Below are positions 40,998 to 51,350 of a DNA stretch of 64,000 nt, piece by piece. Source of the DNA: a candidate division FCPU426 bacterium. GTDB taxonomy: Bacteria > Oederibacteriota > Muellerivitia > Muellerivitales > Muellerivitaceae. How positions within the stretch are numbered: position 1 is the first letter of the stretch; every line of letters starts with the position of its first letter. The notes beneath the pieces are model-generated. The model worked only from the letters and a program-made list of their open reading frames with translations. It was not told where the DNA came from and did not search any database. Location of the stretch: assembly GCA_963719085.1 (NCBI GenBank), contig CAVRAL010000004.1, positions 960,001-1,024,000 of the forward strand, given 5' to 3'. The position numbers and the translations under genes are program-made.

Positions 40998-43900
40998 ATG
41001 AATTTAACAAAAAAAAGACACTTCCTATATGTTGCCCTAATTCTGACCGCTTTAAGCGGTTCGAGGGCCTTTGCCCAAACCTACACTTGGAAAAATGTGA
41101 CGGTTCCAGCTGGAGGTTTCGTTTCCGGCATCGAATTCAGTCCGGCTCAAAGCGGGCTGGTCTACGCGCGTACCGATATTGGCGGGGTTTATCGCTGGGA
41201 CAATACGAACAGCGTTTGGATTCCTTTAACCGATATGTTTAGTAATGCCCAGTACAACAATTATGGCGGCGAAAGCTTGGCCCCTGATCCAACCAACGCG
41301 AATATCGTTTATGTGGCCGCAGGGATGTATATATTCAACGGTAATGGCGTAATCCTGCGTTCCACGGACCAAGGTAATACCTGGACCAGCAATGCTATTG
41401 CGGTGCCTATGGGCGGAAATTACGACGGTCGCAATGCGGGTGAGCGCTTGGTCGTGGATCCTAATCTTGACACCACCCTCTATTTCGCCAGTCGAAGCAA
41501 CGGACTGTGGAAAAGCACGAACTCCGCTACGAGTTGGAACCAAGTTACCGCGTTTCCGGTGACTGGAGACGCCACCTACGGATTGAGTTACGTGACGATC
41601 CTTCCCGGCGGGAATCCGGGATCGGGGGCCGAGACGATCTTTGTTGGTGTGGAAGCCATGGCTTCCGGAAACAGCAACCTCTATCGGTCTACCAACGCAG
41701 GCGCCAGCTGGACCCTGGTTCCGGGTGGGCCCACCAATATGATCACCCCACACGCGGACTTGGGCATAGACGGCAATTTGTGGATGGTCTATGACAGTGG
41801 TGGTTACGGTCCCAACGGAATTACTACAGGACAGATTTGGAAATTAAACACCAGTACTTTGGCTTGGACTCATGTTGCTTTGCCGAACCCGGCTGCGGGT
41901 AGCGGCGGTTATGGCGGCATCAGTGTGGATGCCCAAAACGCACAGCATGTGGTGGTCACCACACTGGATTGGTGGGGCGGTCCGGACCATATCTACGCGA
42001 CCACCAATGGCGGGACTAGTTGGTCCATCATTGGAAATGTCCAAAATAGTTGGGATGGTTATGCCGCTCCCTTCGCCTTTTACGACAACAACGGCGCGAT
42101 CTGGACCCGCTTTTGCTCCACCTATGACGGGGGTGTGGGCTGGCAGGGAGACATCCGCATCGATCCCTTCAACTCCGGCCACGCCATCTACACGACCGGC
42201 GGCGGGGTTTGGGACAGCTCCAACATTACGGCCGTAACCCAGCCCGCCGGCGTGACTTGGACCTTCAAAGATTATGGCCTGGAAGAAACCGCCGTCACTG
42301 ACATGATGCCTTCGGCGGCGGGTGGAGTTTTCTTCAGCGCTTTTGGGGATATCTCCGGTATGCGGCATACCAACCTGACCCAGTCGCCGGCCGGGGGGAT
42401 GTATTGTAATCCGTCTTTCACAAACACCACGGGCATTGATTACGCCGAGTCCGGCCCCGCGACCATGGTGCGGGTGGGAAACTCGGGCACGGCTTCCACT
42501 GACGGGGCCTACTCCATCAATAACGGCGCCAGCTGGACTCCTTTTGCCGCCATGCCGGTGGGCTATGGCACCGCCAACGAAATGCAGTCCGTGGCCATTT
42601 CCGCCAACGGAGCCAATATCGTTGCCGTTCCCGTGAACGGGTATGGCACGCCCAGTTATTCCACCAACTTGGGAGCCAGCTGGGCGGCCTGCGCGGGATT
42701 GCCGAATGGTTCCCAGATTGCTTCGGATCGGGTGAACTCCAATATCTTTTACGCCACCTCCGGAACGACTCTTTATGTTAGTACCAACGGCGGCGCAAGC
42801 TTCGCCTCCGCGGGTACCTTTGCCGGCGGTGGGCGCCCTCGGGCGGTTTTCGGCATTGCCGGTGAAGTTTGGGTTCCGGCGGGCAACAGCGGGCTGTACC
42901 AGTTTACGAATGTGGGTTTGGGGGTGGTGACTACTACGAAAATTGCCAATGTTTCCAGCGCGGCGGCGGTGGGTTTTGGGAAGGCCGCCAGCGGCTTCAC
43001 CCATCCGGCGGTTTATGTGGTGGGGACGGTGAGCGGAACCTATGGATTCTTCCGTTGTGATGACGGCGTGGGCACAACTTGGACAAGGATCAATGACAAT
43101 AACCACCAGTACGGCGCGGTTGGGTTCGCCTCAGGTGATGAGACGGTCTACGGCCGGATGTATGTAGGCACTAACGGACGAGGGATTCTTTATGGTGACA
43201 CCAGTGTTACAACCCCCACGCCGACCCCGACCGCCACACGGACGGCTACTGCTACACCAACGCCCACTTTAACCGTCACCAAAACCCAAACCCCGACCGC
43301 GTCACCGACTCTAACCCCCACTCTGACGATGACAAAAACCTTTACATTGACCGCTACGCCTTCTTTAACTCCGACTTCGTCTCCCACCTCGACTCGGACG
43401 GTGACCCCTACTGTATCCCCGACGGCTAGCTTGACGGCAACCACGACCCGCACTCCGACGATGACCGCGATGCCGACGATGACGTTGACGCCGTCGCAGA
43501 CCACAACGCCGGTAGCGAGCGTTACCAATACCTATACGCCGACCGTGACAGCGACTCCCTCCGTGACCTCAACTAGGACCGCCTCGCCTACGGCTACGGC
43601 GTCGCCTACGGCCACACTTTCCGCGACCTCGACGGCGACTCGAACCCAGAGCGCGACGCCTTCCACGACCAAAACGCCGACGGTGACGACGACGCCGACG
43701 GTGACCTTGACGCCCCAATTTACCTTTACGGTGACTTTGTCTTTCACGCCCACCCCATCGACCACCTGGACCCTGTCGCCCACGGCGACCGCGACCCCTA
43801 CGGCCACCTCCACCAAGACCGCGACTTCCACCGCGACCGCCACCTTTACCCCGACCCGCACCATGACGCCGCCTTTTACCGCCACTCCGACGCCTACCAG

Positions 43901-44633
43901 CACCTCGACGGCGACCGCTCTACCCACCTCGACCTTGACGCCCTTGCCCACGGTGAGCCTGCAGTTGAATACGTCGTCTTCCTCGGCGGATGCGGGGCAA
44001 AGCTATAGCTATACCTGGGAGATTACGGTGACAGGAAGTTCGCCGCAGAACGGGACGCTGACCCAAAGCCTGCCGGCGGGAGTGACGGTGACGGGATTCT
44101 CCGGGTCTTCGGGGGTGGTGAATGGAAACCAAATCACGTGGAACCTGAACAACCTGCCGGTGGGAGTGACTCAATTGCAGGTGAATGTGGAGATTGACGG
44201 TTCGGTGGCGGGAGGGACGGAGCTTTCAAGCCAAGGGACGCTGAGCTATACGGGAGGCTCGGCCTCGTCCAACAGCGCCTCGGTGAGCGTGGTGGCTTTG
44301 ACCTCAACGCCCACCTCGACGCCGACCTTGACGTTTACGCCGACGCCGGAGCCTATAGGGGGAGTGCCGGTGTTGTACCCGAACCCGGTGAGCGGCCCGG
44401 GCCCGGTGAACATCCAATTGCCGACCTATCCGGGGACGAGCAAGGTGACGGTGCAAGTGTTCACGACGGCGTTTAGGATGGTGAACGAATTCTCGGTGAC
44501 CCAGGCGGGGGGAAGCGTGGTGTCCCTGCCCTTGACGGACCGGAACAACCGGCCCTTGGCGAACGGGCTTTATTACGTGCTGGTCAACTCGCCGGCGGGT
44601 AAATCGATTCTCAAACTGCTGATCCTGCGCTGA
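40998..44633 (+). CDS. Secreted GH74 xyloglucanase + Thr/Pro linker + DUF11-like Ig domain + T9SS-like CTD
   Basis: [32 protein letters not shown] repeats (STxxGxSW), GTNGRG; ATG 40998 gives a signal peptide. Confidence 0.9.
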   Translation: MNLTKKRHFLYVALILTALSGSRAFAQTYTWKNVTVPAGGFVSGIEFSPAQSGLVYARTDIGGVYRWDNTNSVWIPLTDMFSNAQYNNYGGESLAPDPTNANIVYVAAGMYIFNGNGVILRSTDQGNTWTSNAIAVPMGGNYDGRNAGERLVVDPNLDTTLYFASRSNGLWKSTNSATSWNQVTAFPVTGDATYGLSYVTILPGGNPGSGAETIFVGVEAMASGNSNLYRSTNAGASWTLVPGGPTNMITPHADLGIDGNLWMVYDSGGYGPNGITTGQIWKLNTSTLAWTHVALPNPAAGSGGYGGISVDAQNAQHVVVTTLDWWGGPDHIYATTNGGTSWSIIGNVQNSWDGYAAPFAFYDNNGAIWTRFCSTYDGGVGWQGDIRIDPFNSGHAIYTTGGGVWDSSNITAVTQPAGVTWTFKDYGLEETAVTDMMPSAAGGVFFSAFGDISGMRHTNLTQSPAGGMYCNPSFTNTTGIDYAESGPATMVRVGNSGTASTDGAYSINNGASWTPFAAMPVGYGTANEMQSVAISANGANIVAVPVNGYGTPSYSTNLGASWAACAGLPNGSQIASDRVNSNIFYATSGTTLYVSTNGGASFASAGTFAGGGRPRAVFGIAGEVWVPAGNSGLYQFTNVGLGVVTTTKIANVSSAAAVGFGKAASGFTHPAVYVVGTVSGTYGFFRCDDGVGTTWTRINDNNHQYGAVGFASGDETVYGRMYVGTNGRGILYGDTSVTTPTPTPTATRTATATPTPTLTVTKTQTPTASPTLTPTLTMTKTFTLTATPSLTPTSSPTSTRTVTPTVSPTASLTATTTRTPTMTAMPTMTLTPSQTTTPVASVTNTYTPTVTATPSVTSTRTASPTATASPTATLSATSTATRTQSATPSTTKTPTVTTTPTVTLTPQFTFTVTLSFTPTPSTTWTLSPTATATPTATSTKTATSTATATFTPTRTMTPPFTATPTPTSTSTATALPTSTLTPLPTVSLQLNTSSSSADAGQSYSYTWEITVTGSSPQNGTLTQSLPAGVTVTGFSGSSGVVNGNQITWNLNNLPVGVTQLQVNVEIDGSVAGGTELSSQGTLSYTGGSASSNSASVSVVALTSTPTSTPTLTFTPTPEPIGGVPVLYPNPVSGPGPVNIQLPTYPGTSKVTVQVFTTAFRMVNEFSVTQAGGSVVSLPLTDRNNRPLANGLYYVLVNSPAGKSILKLLILR
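43430..44614 (+). repeat. 1185-bp direct repeat, copy A (linker-DUF11-CTD block)
   Basis: Matches 46534-47718 (offset 3104) with about 5 substitutions seen. Confidence 0.93.
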
Positions 44634-44878
44634 GGTCTGTTTAGAACTCAGCACGCCAAGGCTTGTGTCTCATCTTGAAGATTCGGCACAAGCGGCGCTG
44701 AGGCACAAGCCGAAGCGCAAGGGTTGGTCATGCCAATTCCGAATGGGAATTGGCTCATCCTGCGCTGAGGTCTGTTTAGAACTCAGCACGGCAAAGCTTA
44801 TGCCTCGGCATAGCCAGCGCTGACCGTTGTATCGGTCAGCACGGCAAGATATGTCTCCTTTTGAAAATTCGACATAGG
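44622..44878. repeat. Structured intergenic repeat cluster (REP/BIME-like)
   Basis: 34-bp exact repeat at 44622-44655 and 44757-44790; three GCGCTGA...TCAGCACG hairpins and several further stem-loops. Confidence 0.7.
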
Positions 44879-45076
44879 TAGTTTTAAGCCTGTTTGTAAT
44901 TGACTTTTATTCCAAAAAAGTTGACTTTTTTTATGCCGGATAAGTCTGTACGTTAAAGCGCCATATTTTAACGGTTCAAATTTCCTCTGAAAAATTAGGT
45001 GTTTTTCCCTCTATATACTGATTGTTGGTAGACTTAGCTCATCGTCATCCATATCGGCTGAAACCGAAGGGGATTT

Positions 45077-47737
45077 ATGTCGTTTTTTGCCCATAACCAA
45101 AAATCGTTTTTTGCCGCCAAACCGTTGCTGAGCGGGCTCCTTTTTTTGGCCATGATGGTTTTTGGCTTTTCAACCGCTTTCGCGCTTCCGCCCCAATTAA
45201 AAGTTCAAGGCAATGAATTGGTCACCGCCAGCGGCGGTTGTACGGTTCGCTTGACCGGCGTCAATGTGGATTCCACCGAATGGGACGCCGCGGGTGAGTA
45301 TCCGTCCGGGGGGAGCTTCATGACCCAGGTACAGGAAGCCGTCCAATATTGGAATGTCAATTTGATCCGTGTGGCCATCGACCAGGATTGGTGGGACGGA
45401 TTCGCCCAAAGCTCCCGGGGCGCCACCAGTCAGGCGAATTATCAAGCCATGATTGATTCGGTCGTCGCCTACTGTAATACCAACAATATCTATTGTGACT
45501 TGGACCTGCATTGGTCCGGGGACGGAACCACGGGATCGGCCATCCAGCAATATTCCATGCCCGATGACAACAGCGTGACCTTTTGGACCAGTATGGCCGC
45601 GCGTTACGCCAACAACCCTTCCGTTTTATTCGATCTTTTCAATGAGCCTTTCACCAATTCCTGGACCGTCTGGCTCAATGGGGGGACGACCAGCGAGGGG
45701 TTCCATACGCCGGGGTTTCAGTCTTTGCTGAATACGATACGCAATACTTCCAGCGGCGGGGGCGCCTATGCCAGCGGCACAAAGGCGGAAAATGTCTGCA
45801 TCGTCGGCGGTCAACAGTATTCTTATTACTACGTGGGCATGAGTCCGGTGGTGGATGTGGCGGGCGGCAACGGGGTGGTCTATTCGGCGCATATCTATAA
45901 CAACAAAGGCACCAACAATGCCACCGGCTGGCAGACCAACATTGATCCGGCGCTCACTTATGGTCCGGTACTCGTTGAGGAATTCGGGAACTCGAACGCC
46001 GAAACCGACAATGGAGCCTTCGTGAATACTTTGTTGCCTTGGATTAACGGCACAAACGACAAGAATTATGTTTACAGCGCCATGGCCTGGGATCTGGATC
46101 TTTCGGCGGGCCCGTCTTTGATTACCACATGGTCCTCAACCCTTTCGGCGCCGGTTTCCACGGGAACCACCGGTTGGGTATTAACCAACTTTGAAGGGCA
46201 ACAGATTTACGCTTGGTTGAAGGGGATAACTTATCCGACTTGTTCCTCGGGGCCCACCGCCACGCCGACCGTGGCCTTTACTAAAACTTTTACATCCACC
46301 ATGACCTTGACCCCAACCCAAACTCCGACGGCCACGGCTACCCGGACGCCGACTTTAACGCCCACTGCCACCCGGACCGCGACGGTCACCCCAACAGCGA
46401 CCGCCACGATTGTTTTGACGGCTACCCCAACGAAGACCGCTTCTCCCACAACCACTGCGACGCCAACCCAAACCGCCACGAAGACAGCGACTTTGACGCC
46501 AACGTTTACGATGACCCCAACACCGACCCACACCTTGACGGCAACCACGACCCGCACTCCGACGATGACCGCGACGCCGACGATGACGTTGACGCCGTCG
46601 CAGACCACAACGCCGGTAGCGAGCGTTACCAATACCTATACGCCGACCGTGACAGCGACTCCCTCCGTGACCTCAACTAGGACCGCCTCGCCTACGGCTA
46701 CGGCGTCGCCTACGGCCACACTTTCCGCGACCTCGACGGCGACTCGAACCCAGAGCGCGACGCCTTCCACGACCAAAACGCCGACGGTGACGACGACGCC
46801 GACGGTGACCTTGACGCCCCAATTTACCTTTACGGTGACTTTGTCTTTCACGCCCACCCCATCGACCACCTGGACCCTGTCGCCCACGGCGACCGCGACC
46901 CCTACGGCCACCTCCACCAAGACGGCGACTTCCACCGCGACCGCCACCTTTACCCCGACCCGCACCATGACGCCGCCTTTTACCGCCACTCCGACGCCTA
47001 CCAGCACCTCGACGGCGACCGCTCTACCCACCTCGACCTTGACGCCCTTGCCCACGGTGAGCCTGCAGTTGAATACGTCGTCTTCCTCGGCGGACGCGGG
47101 GCAAAGCTATAGCTATACCTGGGAGATTACGGTGACAGGAAGTTCGCCGCAGAACGGGACGCTGACCCAAAGCCTGCCGGCGGGAGTGACGGTGACGGGA
47201 TTCTCCGGGTCTTCGGGGGTGGTGAATGGAAACCAAATCACGTGGAACCTGAACAACCTGCCGGTGGGAGTGACTCAATTGCAGGTGAATGTGGAGATTG
47301 ACGGTTCGGTGGCGGGAGGGACGGAGCTTTCAAGCCAAGGGACGCTGAGCTATACGGGAGGCTCGGCCTCGTCCAACAGCGCCTCGGTGAGTGTGGTGGC
47401 TTTGACCTCAACGCCCACCTCGACGCCGACCTTGACGTTTACGCCGACGCCGGAGCCTATAGGGGGAGTGCCGGTGTTGTACCCGAACCCGGTGAGCGGC
47501 CCGGGCCCGGTGAACATCCAATTGCCGACCTATCCGGGGACGAGCAAGGTGACGGTGCAAGTGTTCACGACGGCGTTTAGGATGGTGAACGAATTCTCGG
47601 TGACCCAAGCGGGGGGAAGCGTGGTGTCCCTGCCCTTGACGGACCGGAACAACCGGCCCTTGGCGAACGGGCTTTATTACGTGCTGGTCAACTCGCCGGC
47701 GGGTAAATCGATTCTCAAGCTTTTAATACTTAGGTAA
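45077..47737 (+). CDS. Secreted GH5 cellulase-family enzyme + Thr/Pro linker + DUF11-like domain + T9SS-like CTD
   Basis: LTGVN, NLIRV, DLDLHW, FDLFNEP (acid/base), HIY, VEEFG (nucleophile). Confidence 0.9.
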   Translation: MSFFAHNQKSFFAAKPLLSGLLFLAMMVFGFSTAFALPPQLKVQGNELVTASGGCTVRLTGVNVDSTEWDAAGEYPSGGSFMTQVQEAVQYWNVNLIRVAIDQDWWDGFAQSSRGATSQANYQAMIDSVVAYCNTNNIYCDLDLHWSGDGTTGSAIQQYSMPDDNSVTFWTSMAARYANNPSVLFDLFNEPFTNSWTVWLNGGTTSEGFHTPGFQSLLNTIRNTSSGGGAYASGTKAENVCIVGGQQYSYYYVGMSPVVDVAGGNGVVYSAHIYNNKGTNNATGWQTNIDPALTYGPVLVEEFGNSNAETDNGAFVNTLLPWINGTNDKNYVYSAMAWDLDLSAGPSLITTWSSTLSAPVSTGTTGWVLTNFEGQQIYAWLKGITYPTCSSGPTATPTVAFTKTFTSTMTLTPTQTPTATATRTPTLTPTATRTATVTPTATATIVLTATPTKTASPTTTATPTQTATKTATLTPTFTMTPTPTHTLTATTTRTPTMTATPTMTLTPSQTTTPVASVTNTYTPTVTATPSVTSTRTASPTATASPTATLSATSTATRTQSATPSTTKTPTVTTTPTVTLTPQFTFTVTLSFTPTPSTTWTLSPTATATPTATSTKTATSTATATFTPTRTMTPPFTATPTPTSTSTATALPTSTLTPLPTVSLQLNTSSSSADAGQSYSYTWEITVTGSSPQNGTLTQSLPAGVTVTGFSGSSGVVNGNQITWNLNNLPVGVTQLQVNVEIDGSVAGGTELSSQGTLSYTGGSASSNSASVSVVALTSTPTSTPTLTFTPTPEPIGGVPVLYPNPVSGPGPVNIQLPTYPGTSKVTVQVFTTAFRMVNEFSVTQAGGSVVSLPLTDRNNRPLANGLYYVLVNSPAGKSILKLLILR
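46534..47718 (+). repeat. 1185-bp direct repeat, copy B
   Basis: Near-identical to 43430-44614. Confidence 0.93.
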
Positions 47738-47749
47738 CGGTTGTCAGTT

Positions 47750-47794
47750 AATAAATAAAGGCCGGCCCCATTAAGGGTCGGTCTTTTTTATTTT
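47750..47794. terminator. Bidirectional intrinsic terminator
   Basis: A-rich run, GGCCGGCCC-loop-GGGTCGGTC, then TTTTTTATTTT, between convergent genes. Confidence 0.75.
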
Positions 47795-47797
47795 GGG

Positions 47798-49255
47798 CTA
47801 ACGCATGACCGTGACGGTGCTTCGGTGTGTCGCCCCATCCACTTGGATAATGAAAACGTAAACTCCGGGAGCCACGCTATTTCCGGCGTCATCCAGCCCA
47901 TCCCACGTCAACACTTGAGAAGCCTGAAAGTCGATGGATCTTATTTTACGCCGCCTTAAATCCGTCACCACCAAGTGGCCCGGGCCGTGATAGGGGTTCA
48001 GGTTAAAGTGAGTCAAGTCATTGGGCGGATGGCCGGGGGTAAAGGGGTTGGGGCTCACAAAGGGCGTGGACAAGGGCGGCGGAATGGAACAAGCGGAAAG
48101 CGCCAGGGCGCCAAAGGTTCGGGAATCAACATTATCAAAAAAAGTCCCGTTCCAAATGAGCTCTCCCGCCCGGCACCCCGCGTCGCTTTCATAAACACCT
48201 AGGTCGAAACCCAGCGTCGTTCCAGCGGAAGGCGTCAGGCCTAAAGTGGTCCAGGGAATGGCCGCTTCCAAGGTATATCCGTTGGATAGGGTGGTGGTTG
48301 AAAAAAGGACCCCGGTGGTGCGGTTTTGACGTTCGCCTACCACGGGGTTGTTCCAACCGAAGGTGAAACCGAAATCATCCGCTTGGTTGGTTGGGCCCAA
48401 GATGTTGTCGGTATTCAGGAAAACCTCGACCGTGTCGTTGTTAAAAGCTTGTGACGCGGCGTTGGAGAGGTTGTTTTTAATGACCGTGACGCCGATGTAA
48501 AGATATTGGTTATCCCACAAGGTCTTGAATTGAGCTGAAGTGCCGGCCGTGGACCCATCGGCCGTTTGTGTGACGGGTATCCAGGGGCCCTGCCAGGCGG
48601 GTTCCGAAAAGATTCCATCCTCGGTTAAAGTCGCGGGCTGGCAGGAGATGCCGGACGCCAAGGCGGTTCGGGCGGGGGAAATGGGCGCCTCGGGCTGCCC
48701 TGAATAAAGATAGCCGATATTGATCAACTGAAAGCCGGGAGCGGTCGAGTATTTCCAGCTCAAATTCACCGCGTTGGCGCCCGTGGCCGCTGTGTAGTCC
48801 ATTTCAATCGGGACCGGAGTTGCGGCGGGGAGGGTCGCGACGGCCGTATAAGTCGCGGAAAAAGGGCCGGGCCATTGGCTGATGAGGACACTATTGTTAA
48901 TGAGCAGGCTGACACCGCCATTTTGCGGGGAGAGACTGAAGGTATAGGGGGCGCTTCCGGCGACCGGCGGCACCAGAAATCCAGTGAAGCGGGCGCTGAA
49001 ATTATCCTTGTTGATGACCCCGTCTTCCGGGGAGCAATTAAACCAGTTGAAATTCGTACTTTCTTCCGTCCGGGTATAGGCGGGGGCGCCTGTTAGTGTG
49101 GAGTTGTTGTAATAAGAAGCCAGCAAGCCGTCACCGATGGCTGGAAGGGGAGTGGAGGTGGGAGTAGGTGTTTGCGCCACCGAAGTCATTGGGATGAAAA
49201 AAACAAAGACCCATAGCATTTTGAAGAGTCTTGAATCGAGGCTGGCGCGGTTCAT
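47798..49255 (-). CDS. Secreted PA14 + CBM9-like sugar-binding protein with FlgD/T9SS-like CTD, no catalytic domain
   Basis: PA14: GLLASYYNN, NFSARFTG; CBM9-like: LWDNQYLYIG, DTVEVF, YTLEAAIPW, LGFD; CTD: SPNPFTP, WDGLD, PGVYV. Confidence 0.8.
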   Translation of the reverse strand: MNRASLDSRLFKMLWVFVFFIPMTSVAQTPTPTSTPLPAIGDGLLASYYNNSTLTGAPAYTRTEESTNFNWFNCSPEDGVINKDNFSARFTGFLVPPVAGSAPYTFSLSPQNGGVSLLINNSVLISQWPGPFSATYTAVATLPAATPVPIEMDYTAATGANAVNLSWKYSTAPGFQLINIGYLYSGQPEAPISPARTALASGISCQPATLTEDGIFSEPAWQGPWIPVTQTADGSTAGTSAQFKTLWDNQYLYIGVTVIKNNLSNAASQAFNNDTVEVFLNTDNILGPTNQADDFGFTFGWNNPVVGERQNRTTGVLFSTTTLSNGYTLEAAIPWTTLGLTPSAGTTLGFDLGVYESDAGCRAGELIWNGTFFDNVDSRTFGALALSACSIPPPLSTPFVSPNPFTPGHPPNDLTHFNLNPYHGPGHLVVTDLRRRKIRSIDFQASQVLTWDGLDDAGNSVAPGVYVFIIQVDGATHRSTVTVMR

Positions 49256-49938
49256 GGCATAATCCGATAACCAATTTGGGGAATGGTCTCGATCTTACGG
49301 CCGGCGGGACCCAGTTTTCCCCGCAAGTGCCCCAAATGCACGTCGACGACCCGGGGAACCAAATAAGTGTTGGGGCCCCAGGCGAACTTGACGATCTCTT
49401 CCCGGGTCAGGGCTTTTTCGGGATGGGATAAAAGCACCCGTAGAATGTCAAATTCCCGGGCCGTGAGTTCCACGGATTTTTCCTTATAAAGCACTTTGTG
49501 GGAATGCAGGGAAAGTTTTAGGTCGCCTAAAATGAGCGCTTGTTCCGGCGGGGCGAATTCAGGATTCTGACGCCTTAAAATGACTCGGATGCGGGCCTCG
49601 AATTCCCGCTCATTAAAAGGTTTGGTCAAGTAATCGTCGGCACCCGCTTCCAGCCCCGCCACAATGTCATCCGAGGAGGCCCGGGCGGTCAGGATGAAAA
49701 CAGGAAGATCCCGGGTCGAGTTTTCTTTTTTGAGGCGGCGGCACAGGTCCAAACCGTCCCCGTCAGGAAGATTCAGGTCCAGCACCAAAAGATCGGGTTT
49801 GGCTTTTTGGACCGCTTCCCACCCCTCTTTCGAATTCGTGGCGGTTTCCACCCGGTAGTTTTCGGCCAAAAGCAGGTCCCGGGTCAAGGTTAAAACGGAA
49901 GGGTCGTCCTCCACGATTAAAATAAAGGGGCCGCTCAT
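49252..49938 (-). CDS. OmpR/PhoB-family response regulator
   Basis: IVEDD, LVLDLNLP, GADDYLTKPF, winged helix LTAREF...VDVHLGHLR...GY. Confidence 0.95.
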   Translation of the reverse strand: MSGPFILIVEDDPSVLTLTRDLLLAENYRVETATNSKEGWEAVQKAKPDLLVLDLNLPDGDGLDLCRRLKKENSTRDLPVFILTARASSDDIVAGLEAGADDYLTKPFNEREFEARIRVILRRQNPEFAPPEQALILGDLKLSLHSHKVLYKEKSVELTAREFDILRVLLSHPEKALTREEIVKFAWGPNTYLVPRVVDVHLGHLRGKLGPAGRKIETIPQIGYRIMP

Positions 49939-51350
49939 GAGTGCGCTCCTGTCGGATACCATCGAGTGGGATCGGGTTGTTTGGGCAGCTTGACGGTAAA
50001 CCGGGTGCCTTGTCCCAAGGCGCTTTTCACGTCCACCCCGCCGCCTAGGGCGCCGGTCAGCCCCTTCACAATGGAAAGCCCCAATCCGCTGCCTTCCCGG
50101 GTTTGAAAATCTTTGGGTTGTTTCACCCGGAAAAATTTATCGAAGATCAGTTCGTGATATTGCGGGTCAATGCCGATGCCCGTATCGCTCACTTCCAAAA
50201 TAAAATCACCGTTGGCCTCCGTCACGATCATCTCAATGACGCCGTGATCGGTGAACTTGATGGCGTTGGAAAGAAGGTTCTGCGCGATTTGCCGGAACAT
50301 GGTGACATCCGAGATTAAAGAGATGTAGGGGGCTTTTTTGGTCAAGGTGAGGGCGAGTCCCTTCGCTTGGGCTTGGGATTGATAAAGAGCGGTCAACTCA
50401 TTTAAATGTGTCATCACGTCCACCGCTTCCAAATAAGGTTCCACCTTGGCTGCCTCGATGCGGGCCACGGTTAAAAGATTGTTGATGAATCCGATGAGGT
50501 GGGTCGTGTTGTTGGAAATCATGAGCAGGTATTCACCCTGCTTGTCGGTGAGGGTGCCGCCTTTTCCATTCTGCAAAAAATTGGCGGCGCTTCGAATCGC
50601 GTGCAAAGGGGTCCCCAGGTCATGGGTGACGCCGGACACGAAATCCCTTTTCATGGCGTCCAGTTCCTTCAGTTGAAGCACCATGCCGTTGAAGTCCCGG
50701 GCCAGGTCCCCGATCTCGTCCCCGCGGGCGACTTGGACCAGCGAGTCCAGTTTTCCCTGGCGGACCAAGCGGGTGCCTTCGCTGATTTTTTTCAAAGGTT
50801 TCACCAGGGCTTTAGCGACCAGCCAAGACACCAGCCAGCCCAAGACCAAAGTAACCCCGGCCGTGAAGGCGCCTAAGCCCATCCACCGGCGCAATTGGGT
50901 TTGAATTTCTTTTTCCAGGGCTTGGGCGGAATAGCCGATCTCCACCCAACCCGCGGGGCCGTTTCCCGCCTGCACCTTTTGATAAAGAGAGGCGACCCGG
51001 GTGCCGTTGACGAGCCGGATGGATTGGGTTGATTCGGCGGCTCGGGGAGGCAGCGTGAGGGAAGGCGGCTGGATGATCCGCGAGCCCGTCACGGGATTAA
51101 AAAAAGCCGTATAAACAATGTCGGGATTTTGCGAGGCCAGGCGCATGAAATTAAGGACCGCCACATCCTCCCGTTGAAGCGCGGCTTCCCGCGCGGCCAG
51201 CGCGAAAGAGGCCAAATATTGTTTTTGGTCGGTTTCAGCTTGGTGTTTTAAAACCCAACGGGCGCCCGCGTAAAACAAGACAAAGACCGCCGCCAGCGTG
51301 AAAAGAACCAGTCCGGCGTGGCTTAAAAGAAAACGTTCCTTTAATTTCAT
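49935..51350 (-). CDS. Sensor histidine kinase (2 TM, periplasmic domain, HAMP, HisKA, HATPase)
   Basis: DEIGDLARDFN, VTHDLGTPL, NLLSNAIKFT, DTGIGI, GSGLGL. Confidence 0.95.
   Translation of the reverse strand: MKLKERFLLSHAGLVLFTLAAVFVLFYAGARWVLKHQAETDQKQYLASFALAAREAALQREDVAVLNFMRLASQNPDIVYTAFFNPVTGSRIIQPPSLTLPPRAAESTQSIRLVNGTRVASLYQKVQAGNGPAGWVEIGYSAQALEKEIQTQLRRWMGLGAFTAGVTLVLGWLVSWLVAKALVKPLKKISEGTRLVRQGKLDSLVQVARGDEIGDLARDFNGMVLQLKELDAMKRDFVSGVTHDLGTPLHAIRSAANFLQNGKGGTLTDKQGEYLLMISNNTTHLIGFINNLLTVARIEAAKVEPYLEAVDVMTHLNELTALYQSQAQAKGLALTLTKKAPYISLISDVTMFRQIAQNLLSNAIKFTDHGVIEMIVTEANGDFILEVSDTGIGIDPQYHELIFDKFFRVKQPKDFQTREGSGLGLSIVKGLTGALGGGVDVKSALGQGTRFTVKLPKQPDPTRWYPTGAHS

Noticed and set aside
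44622..44878. Possible mini CRISPR array
   Set aside because: Only two exact 34-bp copies about 100 bp apart, intervening DNA is itself repeated and structured, and no cas genes are present
43430..47718. Diversity-generating retroelement TR/VR pair
   Set aside because: Repeat is far too long, differences are few and not adenine-specific, and no reverse transcriptase is in the window
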